A stretch of DNA of 64,000 nt from Epithemia pelagica. Taxonomy: Eukaryota; Protista; Bacillariophyta. Below the pieces are notes generated by a model. The model had not been told where the DNA came from. It ran no database searches and worked only from the letters and a program-made list of their open reading frames with translations. Position 1 is the stretch's first letter; the number at the start of each line of letters is the position of its first letter. Both the position numbers and the translations under genes were made by a program. Positions 22,401-34,400 of the stretch are shown here, in pieces. The stretch spans positions 2,790,001-2,854,000 of the forward strand of contig OX337236.1 of assembly GCA_946965045.2 (NCBI GenBank), given 5' to 3'.

Positions 22401-25400
22401 AATTCATTGTCCGGTCCATTGTTGTAGTCAACAGATTGTGGACTGGGTCCTACATAGCCTGGAAGAGGTCGGTTTCGGCTCCAGTCCCATCCGGGATATT
22501 CGGGTTTGTTGATCTTTCGTCCATCAGGGCGGGTTACATCTCCATTTGGCCCAACCTCGTATTCGACGGGGAATGGACCTGTCGCACCCGGGGCAGGACG
22601 ATTGCGATTCCAGTCCCATGATGGATAGTCACTGGGATTAATCTTTTTGCCGTCCGGTGTCAGAATGTCTCCGTTAGGAGCAATGCAGTATTCTACAGGG
22701 AACGGACTTTCTGATCCTGGAACTGGCTGATTCCTAGACCAATCCCAAGAAGGGTAGTCTTCAGGTTTAATCCGTTGTCCACTTGTTGTCACAACGTCTC
22801 CATTTGGCGCCACTGTGTACTCGATAGGTGCTGGACCGCGAGATCCAGGGATAGGCATATTTCTATTCCAATCCCAACCAGGGAAATCCTCGGGGTTAAT
22901 TTGAGTTCCATCAGGTCTTCGAATATCACCATTTGGAGCAATGGAATAATCTACTGGAAACGGTTTTTCTAGCCCAGTAACTGGCTGATTGCGATTCCAA
23001 TCCCATTGTGGGATATTCCTGTCTTGTTTATCTGGAGGGAGGTTCTGCAACTCTTCATGATCTGGTGCCGATTCATATTCCATTGGGGTGGGTTCGTCAA
23101 ATCCAGGAAGTGGGCGATTTCTGCTCCAATCCCACCCAGGGTAGTCATCTGTGTCGATTTTGGTTCCATCGGGCCTCGTGACTTCTCCGTTGGGACCAAC
23201 CTCGTATTCGACTGGGTAGGGACCGCGGCCTCCAGGAATTGGACGATTGCGGCTCCAATCCCAACCAGGATAATCATGAGGATTGATTTTGGTTCCATCA
23301 GGTTTCAGCAGTTCCATGTCGGGTCCAATAGAATATTCGACGGGGAAAGGGCTTTCCAATCCGGGCGCAGGGCGGTTACGGTTCCAATCCCATTCAGGAA
23401 AGTCTTCCGGGTTGATCTTCTTTCCGGACGGGGTAATGAATTCACCGTCAGGTCCCATTGTGTACTCGATCGGAGCAGGTCCTCGTGATCCTGGAATTGG
23501 TCGGTGTCGGCTCCAGTCCCATCCTGGGTAGTCTTCTGGCTTCAATACCGTTCCGTCCGGTTGTAAGTAGTGACCATCGGGTCCCATTTCGTACTCGACT
23601 GGGAAGGGCTTGTCTGATGTTGGAACGGGTTGGTTGCGATTCCAGTCCCACATTGGCGTATCGTTAGGTTTCTTCTTCTTTTTCGGAGGAATAGAATTGA
23701 GAAATTCCGAATCTGGTCCGTTGGTATAATCGTAGGGAAGTGGGTCGCCAAAGCCCTTTGTAGGACGATTCCGTTTCCAGTCCCAACCAGGATAGTCGTC
23801 TGGGTTGATCTTTGTCCCATCATCACGAACAACATCACCATTTGGTGCGATGGTGTACTCCATGGGAAGGGGACCCTGAGAACCAGCAACGGGTCTGTTT
23901 CGAGCCCAGTCCCAGCCGGGATGATCTTCTGTCTTCACCTTTGTTCCGTCCGGCAATAGCACATCTCCATTTGGGGCAATCGTATATTCCATGGGGAAAG
24001 GGTTCTCCATACCAGGCATGGATCTGTTGCGGTCCCAGTCCCATGCTGGGTAGTCATCAGGATTGATCAGTGTTCCATCTGGTTTCATGAGTTGTCCGTC
24101 AGGGCCGATGGTGTATTCGATCGGGACAGGGAACCGAGATCCTGGAATTGGTCTGTGACGAATCCAATCCCATCCGGGATAATCTTCAGGTTTGATTTTT
24201 GTACCATCCGGTCTCATGATCTCGCCATTTGGAAGAACTTCATAGTCCACAGGGAAAGGCTGATCTACATCCCCGGGCCCGCGATTTCGGTTCCAATCCC
24301 AGCTTGGTGCTTTTTCTTCTGGCTTTTTGGAAGGTTTGTTCATGTATTCCGATGGATATTCTGGAATACTCTGAAGAACATCTTCCGGGCCATCTTCAGT
24401 CTTGGGAGTATCTGCACCTTTCTTTCGAAGCCAGTTCAGTACCGTGTCCATATCCTCTTGCCGTTGCTTAGCTTCTGGAAGCTCTTCCATAGGCACGTTC
24501 TCCAGGGACGGCCGTGATCCCAGATCTTCTTCCAGCTTGTCCAAAGGTTGGTTACGTAACCAATTCATCGCTTGTTCCATGGCTTTCTTCTTCTTTTCGG
24601 GAGGTGTAATTCCAGCAAACGGAACACCACTAACCTTTGACAAAGCCAGCAATGTTGGCTCATCCAAATCCTTGGGGTTAGGCGGGTTACTTCTGAGCCA
24701 GTCAACGGATTCGTCCAACACTTTCTTCTTATCCTGCGGAGTCATAGTATCAGAAATTGGAATGCCAGCAAGTTTGGCAAGTTCCATGACAGTAGGTTCA
24801 TCGAGATCGTCAGTAGTTGGTTCGTTCGATCGCAACCAACTTACAGCCTCTTCCGTAACCCGCTTCTTTTCTTTCTTGCCGATCTGCTTACGAGGCAGGT
24901 CCACATTTGCAAGCCTTGAGAAAGCGATCATAGTGGGTTCATCCATGTCATCAGTTGAGGGCTCATTGTTACGCAACCAGTCCACAAGCTCTTCAACTGC
25001 TTTGGTTTTTTCAGCCGGTTGGAGAGCTCCCGGAAGATTCCTCAATGTTTCAATGGGCGATGGATCTTCGGTTTCGGGTAATCCGTGCTTATTCCTCAGC
25101 CATTCAAGTGGTGTGTCTTGATCTTTGGTCACTGGACGGGTCGCAATGCCAGGCATTGGAACACCTGCTAGCTTCGTCAACACATAAAGCTCTGGCTCAT
25201 CAACGTCACCTGGCTGCAATTCATTGTTTCGTAGCCAGTCCACTGCTTGTTCGATTTGCTTTTCTTTCTGCTTGAAAACAGTGTTTGCAAGGGGCTGGCT
25301 TGTGAGCTTTCCAAGACATAGCGCAGTTGGCTCATCGAGGTCGGACAGGTCTGGTTCGTTGCCTCGCAACCATTCGACAGCCGCATCAACTGCCTTTTGC

Positions 25401-28400
25401 TTTTTCTTTGGAGACGAATGCATGGGGATGACAATTCCTGTCAGCTTCTCGAGAGCCAGAGCAGTCGGTTCGTCGACGTCCCTTTCATTTACAGGATTGT
25501 GTCGTAACCAGCTCACCGCATCTTCCAACATTTTTTGCTTTTCTGGAGGCGTCAAGGAACGAATAGGGATTCCTGTAAGACTTGAGAGAGCTACGACTTC
25601 AGGTTCATCGAGATCGACCTTAGGTTGGTTGTGACGGATCCACGACATGGATTTGTCGATTGCTTCTTCTTTGTCATCAGGCGGGACGAAGCCCTTACTT
25701 GTAGGAATTCCTGCAACATTAGCAAGGGCGTACAACGTAGGGTCGTCGACATCATCAGGGATACCATTGTTTCGGAACCAATCAAGAGCATTGTCCACAG
25801 CTTCCTTTTTGACTTTGTTGGGCAGGTTACCTTTGGGCAATTCCAACTGGGGTACTGTCGCAAGAGCTCGCGCGGTCGGTTCGTCCACATTGTCTGGGTT
25901 AACTTGGTTCTGACGCAACCATGTCGTGATCTGGTCAACCAGCTTTTTCCTTTCATCAGGAATCTTCGTTTCTTCCAATGGAATGTTAGGTACTTTGGAG
26001 AAAGCATCCAGAGTGGGATCATCGAGTTGTTCAGGAGACGGTTCATTGTGACGCAACCACGCCACGACTTCTTCTGCTGCCTTTTTCTTCTCAGCAGGCG
26101 ACAATGATGGATTTGGCGGTTCAATTCCAGCCAAGTTCGCTAGAGCATGCAGTTGCGGTTCACTTAAGTCTTCAGGTTGCACATAGTTATTGCGTACCCA
26201 GTCAACAGCATGATCGACCACGGCCTTCTTAGCACGGGGTGGAATCAAAAGAGAAACTGGAGAGTTGGCCAACTTAGCAAGAGCCAAGATATCAGGTTCG
26301 TCAAGTTTCTGGGCATCAGGACGGTTTCGTCGCAGCCAGTCGACAATATCGTTCTGCAATGCTTTTTTCTCAGCAGGTTTCATGCCAGGATGATAGGGGA
26401 TGTTGGCAAGATTTGCTAAATCCTCCAAAGACGGCTCGTCCACGCGCTTGGGCTTGAAATCCTTTCGACGGATCCAATCAAGGCAAGTGTCTACAGCATC
26501 CTGCTTTTCTTTGGGTGAAGAAAAGAGAGAGGGGGCGTTTGGAAGGGTGGCCAGCTGGATTGCTGTGGGATTGTCCACTTTTCGTGGGTTGGGGTCATTG
26601 CTTCTCAACCAGTTAGTGACTTGTTCCAACAAACGTTGTTTCTCTGATCGCGAAAGAGGCTTGTTGGACAAGAAGGGAACCCCGGCAGCCTTGGCTAGCT
26701 CATAAAGAGCAGGCTCGTCCAAGTTTTCGAGAGGCACATCGTCATTCTTTCTAAGCCATTCCATCGCCTGGTCGACAGTTGCTTCTTTGTTGTGAGGCGA
26801 GTACGCGGAAACTGGGATTCCAGAGACGTTGGCCATAGCACGGATAGTGTCATCAGCAACATCAGGTGCTGTAGGGTTGTTCAATCGCAACCAGCTAATA
26901 GCATCGTCCAACGCCTTCTTTTTCTGAGCAGGCGGTATTTTGGCGTCCGGAAGGGGGACACCAGGGAGTTTGGCCAAAGTTCTGACATCGTCGTCCGATA
27001 CCAAATCAACATTTGGAGCATCGTGATTGCGAAGCCAATCCATGGCATTTTGAAACAACTCTTCTCGTTCAGCTGGATTTAGAGGCCGATGAAGTTTGGT
27101 GTACGGTAACTCTGACAGGTTCATTGCCGACGGTTCATCCAAATCATCCAAATTCGGGTCATTGCGTCGTAGCCAATCCATAGCATCGGCAACAACCTGA
27201 TTTTTGTTGGCTTTAGGATCCAAGTGAGGAGCCAAGGGAATACCCGACAAGTTTGCCAGCGCCTCCAGCACGTCATCATCGACCCCATCAAGATCAGGGT
27301 TGTTATTGCGCAGCCACTTGATGGCTTCTTCTGCAATTTGGCTGTTAGGTTTGTTCCATCGCTGCGACAACGGGATACCAGCCAAATTCGACAAGGCTTC
27401 CATGGTTGGTTCGTCAAGGTCTTGTGGCTTAACATCGTTCTTTCGGATCCAATCCACCAAGTTATCGACCAAAGCCTTCTTCTCGGGTAAGCTCAATCGT
27501 CCGACAGGCATTTCGTGTCCAACTAGTTTACTAAGTGTGTGCAACGATGGTTCATCCAAATCATCCGGACTTGGATCGTTGCTTCGGACCCATTCTACCG
27601 CATTGTCCATAATCTTTTGCTTCTCTTCAGTTGTCAACGGTCGACCAACAATACCAGCCGTGGGAAATCGGGCCAGCTCTCTTGCTGTGGGCTCATCGAC
27701 TGTGGTCACATCGGGATGGTTTCTTCGGAGCCAATCAACGGCATTTTCGAGTGCTTTCTTTCGTTGACGAGGGGGAAGATTGGGCCCAGACAAACTCTGT
27801 CCAGCCAAGGAAGACAGGGCGTACAGCATGGGGTCATCCATTTCTTCGGGATATGGATCATTGTGACGAACCCAATTTACGACACTTTCTACAATCTTTT
27901 TCTTCGCATCAAGAGAGAGCGGTTCGTGGCGAGCTTCATAAGGAATACTGGCCAATTGTTCAAGAGTCTCGTCATCGATTTTGTAGGGATCGGGTTTGTG
28001 GCTTCGGAACCATCCAACCACTTCCTCGAGGGCTTTCTTCTTTTCTTCTGGAGAGGCATTACCACTCAATGGGATACCGGCCATGTTCGCCAAAGCATAA
28101 AGCTGTGGATCGTCGAGATCCTTCAGCGTCGGATTTGTGCTACGAACCCAATCAACAACAGCATCTACAATGCGTTTCTTTTCTTTCGGTGGGAGCGATG
28201 CTCCTGACATTTTGTTGCCAGGCGCAAGACGCGACAACTGCCAAGCGGTTGGATCATCGACGGTATTTGGGTCAGGATCCCTGCTACGGAGCCAGTCGAG
28301 GATGTCCCGGAACGCTTTTTTCTTTTGTTGTTTTGAAGGGCTTGGCAAGAGCGTGGTTCCTGTGAGAGTTGCAAGAGCATGGAGCAAGGGCTCATCAAGA

Positions 28401-31400
28401 TCACCAAGTTTAGGGTTTTGGTGTCGTGCCCAGTTCATTACAGAATCCAAGATTTCCTTTTTTGTTTCGGGTGTCATGAGAACACTAGTGGGGAACTTGT
28501 CGGCCAGCTGCCTTGCTGTGGGATCGTCCACTGTGCGAGGATCCGGACTATTGTGACGAAGCCAATTCACCGCTTCATCAAGAGCCTTTTCCTTTTCAGC
28601 AGGAGAGGGAGAAGCCTTTGACATGGTGCCACCAAGCGATGCCAATGCTTGCACAGTAGGAGTATCGAGGTTCAATACCTTGGGGTCATTGTTTCGAATC
28701 CAATTGACCACCGAATCAATGATACGCTTCTTCTCAACAGGCGGCAAGGCTCCGAGCATGGAACTTGCATCTGGGAAATGAGCCAACTGGTGGGCGGTTG
28801 GATCATCGACGGTCCTTGGGTCGGGGTCGTTCTGACGCAACCAGTCCAAGGAATCTTGTAAAACTTGTTTTCGTTTCGATGGCGGAATGGTGCTTCCAGA
28901 AACCGTTTGCCCTGCCAAGGTAGCAAGAGCCAACAACATTGGGTCATCCAAGTCCTGAAGCTTTGGTGTATTACTTCGTACCCAACTGACAGCATTTTCC
29001 ACGATGCGCTTCTTTTGCTCTGGGCTCAACAAACGTGAAAGAGCAGAATTGGGAAGTCTCGCCAGCTCTTGCAGTGTCACATCGTCGACATCATCGGGCT
29101 TCGGGTCATTTCTACGTATCCAACTAATGGCTTCCTCAGCCTTTTCATTCACTTGATTCTTGGGGATAGCTTTGTTGGGATATAAGGCCGCCAAATTCAC
29201 CAAGGCACGTTTCTTGGGCTCGTCCAAATCGCCAATAGAGAGTTCTTTCGGGTTTTTGCCACGGATCCACGACACAACGTTGTCGATGATAGCTTGTCGT
29301 TGCTCCGGACTATAGCTGGAAACAGGAATTCCTGCAATGCCCGCCAAGGCAAGCACAGTCGGGTCATCCAGCTTGCTTACATCCGGAGTATTGTGGCGCA
29401 ACCAATTAACCACTACATCTAGAACACGCTTCTTTTCCGCCAATGAGAGTTGTCCGAGGGGACAAGGAAGGTTTGCAAACTGACATAGGTTTTGCAAGTC
29501 ATCATCAGAGACATCACGAGCATTGGGGTTGTTGTTTCGCAACCACCCCAACGCAGATTCTGCCAATTGCTCCTTCTGATCACGAGGCACTCCTCCGTCT
29601 CCCAATGCTGCCGCATCCGTGATTCGTGCGAGGGCCATTGCAGTTGGGTCATCAACGTTGTTCGGATCAACGCCATGTTGACGCAACCAATCAATTGCTT
29701 CCTCCAATACTTGGCTTCGTTTATGAGGTGCAACACCAGGGACCAACTGCTGCCCAGACAAGGTAGCCAAAGCTCGAGCCGTGTCATCGGGAACGGATTC
29801 AGGCTTGGGATTGTGATTGCGGATCCAATGCAAGGCTTTCTCAACCATTCGTTTCTTCTGATCCGGGGTCAACATACCAGAAACATCCATGTGCATGAGG
29901 TTGGCTAATGCCAAAGCAGTTGGATCATCCAAGTCATTTTCATTGGGTCGGTTCGCTTCGTTCCGCAACCAACTAACGATTTTCTCCAATGCCTTTGTCT
30001 TCTTCTTCAATGGCATAGGATCGGCAAATGACAAGGCTACATGGGACATTTCTGCAAGCTTACGAAGGTCCCCGTCAGACACATCCTTAGCTTTGGGATC
30101 ATTGTGACGCAACCAGCCCATCACTTCATCTACGATGCGTTTCTTTTCTTGGACACTCAACAACTGCGGCTGTGCCGACTGGGGGAGTTTCAAAAGCGCC
30201 GAATACAGATCTGGATCGGCCAATGCCAATTCTCCATCTGGTTCATTATGACGAAGCCAGTCCAATGCATCTTCCATGGACTTGAGTTTGTCTTCCATGT
30301 CGACGTCGCCCCCAGGAATCGTTGTGCCAGTCAAATCACAGAGGGTGTATAGAGTCGGCAAATCAACATCATCGGCCGACGGCTTGTTGTGACGCAGCCA
30401 CTCAACGGCATCGCCCAACACTTGTTCCTTTTCGGCCAGTGAAAGACTGAACATTGGGACATCGGATACACCTGTCAAGTTGGTTAGCGCTAAGGCGGAA
30501 ACATCCGATAATTCACCCACATTCACATCGTTGCTGCGAATCCACGCCATGGCTTCTTCCAACAAAGTTCCCTTTTCATCAATAGACATGGACGAAACGC
30601 CTCCCTTGGGAGTCGGCAGAGGAAGTCCTGTAATGACGTGCAACGCTTCAATGGTTACCGGATCAATCAACTCAAGTTCCTCGTCAGGGTGTTGACGAAC
30701 CCATTCCAAGGTTTCCTCTAAGGCACGAGCCTTTTTCTCCTGATCGCTTGCTGCTTGCGACATAAGGGGCAGTCCAGCCAAGTTACGAAGGGCGTTCAAT
30801 GCGGTAATGTCCATATCATCCTTATTGATCGGGTCATTGTTTCGCAACCAGTTCAAAGCCTCGTCCGCGTATTCTTTGCGTTCTTTGATCGGAATGGAAA
30901 TATCTTCCACAATTTTCATTCCTGGCAAGGTTGTAAGCGCAATCAACGTAGGATCATCGATATCCATAGCATCCGGCTCGTTCTTCCTCAACCAATCCAA
31001 GGCTTCTTCCATAGCGCCAGCCTTCTTCTGTGCTTCCAAGCCTGTCGATCCTGGAACCGTGACGCCTGTCAAGTTGGCCAAGTTCACCACGGACGGATCT
31101 TCGAGGTCGGCTGCGGACAAGGCCTCATTATTGGATCGGAGCCAATCCAAGGTTTCGTCAATGGTTTTTTCCTTTTCACCGGGACGAAGCTCTCCCCGTG
31201 GCATTTCGATACCTGCCAATGTCGTAAACGCCAGCAACGTGGGGTCATCCACGTCTGCCAACGTGACGTCATTGTTGCGAATCCAATCCAAGGTTGAGCT
31301 TAGAATGTCGTTCTTCTCCTTCTCATTGAGCTGCAAGGCAGGCATATCCAATCCAGCCAAATTCATCAAGGCCGCCAAGGCAGTGGGGTCCATCTCCTCT

Positions 31401-34400
31401 GCAGCCTTGGCATCCACATTGTTGTTGCGGACCCAGCCTGCAACCTCTTCCATAAACTTTTTCTTATCCTTCTTGAGAAACTTGGGAGGAGGCATATCGA
31501 CTCCAGCCAAATTACAAAGAGCTTCTAGGGCATCTGGGTCCACATGCTCGACATCAGGGATTTCATTGTTGCGGATCCATTCCACGGCATTGGTCAGAGC
31601 CTTCTTTTTCTCCTTGCGAGGCATATTGGAAATGGGGATGGAAACACCGGCAAGATTCGCCAATCGTCCCAGTGTTCCTGGATCGGCCATCTCAATCGTG
31701 GGGTCATTGGCACGCAACCATGCGAGGGCTTCGTCCAAGGTTTCTCCCTTTTGTTTATCCGTCAAGGACAACTCTTCCACTCCAAATCCGGCCAAGTTTT
31801 GAACGGCACCCATGGTCGTGGGGTCCAACTCTTCCATGGGATCGTGAACTTGATTCTTGCGGAGCCAATCGGTCGTCATGTCAAAGTCACCAATCGTCTT
31901 GTTGATGGAGGGCATGGAAGATCCCGACACTTGCGAGGTGATGGATCCCACTCCATCTTGGGTGGGATCAGCGCTCTTGAGCCAATCCAAGGCATCTTGC
32001 ATCGATTGCGCTCGTTCTTCTTCGGGGGACAACTTTTTGGTACTACCACGGGGACCCTTGGTACGGGCCGTCTTGGCGGTACGGGCCGTGGCAAAGCTGT
32101 AGACGGAGGGATCGTCCATGGTTCCGGCCTTGGGGTTGGCACGCAACCAGGCCACGGCTTCGGCCATTTGGGGTGCTTCGCCAATGCCGGCCACGCGGTT
32201 GACACTTCCAATGGTATGGAAGGAACCAACGGAAACATCGTCGGCGACGGCCAAATCGCCCGTGTTGCTTTCGTTGCGGAGCCAATTGAGGGCGTCGGCC
32301 ATTTCCTTGGCGCGGCGTTCTTCGTCCGTCATGAATTCTGTCTTGACACTACCGCGGTCAATCGATCCGACATCGGCCATGTCATCCGATTCGTAGTTTT
32401 GGTCATTGTCCTTGCGGAGCCAGCTCATGGGGTCATCCAAATCCTTGTCCACAACAGCTTCGGGAACAATATTCAACTTGGCCGTGGCACTGCCGAGCGA
32501 CTTGAGGGATTCAATCGTGGGGGCATCGGGCCCGGCTGCGGCATCGTTTTGGCGCAACCAATTGAGGGCACTTTCCATATCCTTTTGTTGTCGCTGGGCT
32601 TGATCGCCCGTGGCGGAAAAGAATTGGACCGTCTTGACCGATTCCAGCGACTTTTTGGAATGCTGACTCAATTCATCCAGGGTAAAATCCTTGGCGGCGT
32701 CATTGCTGCGCAACCACTCGAGGGCATTTTCCATGGCATCGGCAATCTCGTAGGGCGATCGCTCACCGGCATCGGGGAACATGGACTTGATTTGAGAATG
32801 CTTGGAGACGGAACCATCATCCATACTGGGATCGTCATAATTCAAGTCATTGTTGCGAAGCCACGACAAGGCTTCCTCCATTTCCTTGGCGCGTTTTTCT
32901 TCTTCCGACAAGAATCCAGCCCCCAAGGTTTCATAAGTGCTGGGACCGGCGGGTCCCGCCAATTCACCAGCGGCGGCATCGTCCTTGCCACCGCGCAACC
33001 AATCCAAGGCATCTTCGACCATTCCACCCTGTTCTTCTTCCAAACCCGTCATGTTGGTGGGCGCATCCGGTCCGGCACGGGCCGTGTACCACTGGGTCAA
33101 TTCCTCCATGTCTTCTGCAAAGTGTGCCGGTGGTTTGGGATCGGTATTGCGCAACCATCCCAGTTCGGACGGAGCCGGTGTCGGTCGGACCTTGGTCTTG
33201 TGTTGACCGCCCGGTCCCTTTTGAGCACTCCACCATTGCGCCAATCGATGTGCCTGTTGCAACTTTTGTTCCTGTTCAATCACTTTGGGTTTCACATTTG
33301 TGCCCGATTTGCGATACCAGTTCATGTGTTTTTCCAAATCTTCAAATTCCTTCATTTTGTGCGGGACGGTCAAATCGGCAAAGTCCATCATGGGGGGACC
33401 CTTCTTGTTGCGGGCCGCTGTTTCGGGTTCTTCCAACCACTGATCAATCTGTTGCACATTGCGGGCATAGTGCATGACGGACAAGAGCGTTTCGTTTTCT
33501 TCTTCAAATTTCCAATTGGTAAAGACGGACTTGACCTTTTCAAACTGCGTCACATCTTCGGGCGGACTGTACAATTTGCTATACTTGGTACCCTTGGAGC
33601 GCCACCAACCCAAGATTTGTTGCAATTGTTCGGCCGTTTTCTTGGTTTGACTAGGTGCCATGTATTGCATCAAATCCAAGCCCAATTGTTTAATCTTTTT
33701 GAGTTTTTGCAATTCAAAGGGTTCCAACATTTTTTGCGTCGTTTGATGATTGCGTTGCCAAAAGGCAATGGCCGTGCGAATATCCTTGGCGGCCGCATCG
33801 ACTTGGGGGACCGTTTGGGGCAGTCCACCCGCACTGCCCAACCAACTCCCAAACATGTGTTGAACCTTTTGAAACATGAATTGATTGTGCTTGGGCAAAC
33901 TCATGGGATTGGCGGCGGCTTGCAGTCCCTTGTTTTTGTACCAGGCAATGACTTCTTCGACATCCTCCAAGACGAGTTCCGGTGTCAAATTGCTGGATCG
34001 CAATTGAATGAGGGCATGTTGAATCTTGATGAGGGGATCCAACTTGGTATCTTCGGGTTCTTCCAAGGCGGCCGATGGTTGATAATAGCCCGACAAGCGC
34101 AAATCTTGATGGGATTGTTTCAAAAACTTTGTCAGGGCCTTTTCCATGTCCTTGGTAATCTTGTCAGCCGCCACGACAAAGACGGTCGGATCCAACGACT
34201 TGATGGGTTGATCCTTGATTTCCCAGGCATCAAACAAGTGATTGACCTTGCGCATCTTGACCGTCTTTTCTTGCAAATCATCCAACTTGTCGGCATACTG
34301 GTGGGAATGTTTGCGCCACCATTTCAAACTCGAGGCCATTTCCTTGGCCTTTTTTTCCGCCGACAAGGTCTGCGACTTGTACCGGTTCAAGGAGGTTTGC

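Noticed and set aside
18482-24307. Regularly spaced conserved DNA motifs resembling a CRISPR array
   Set aside because: The period is 129 bp in frame within a coding ORF, the 'spacers' are homologous to each other, there are no cas genes, and the context is eukaryotic.
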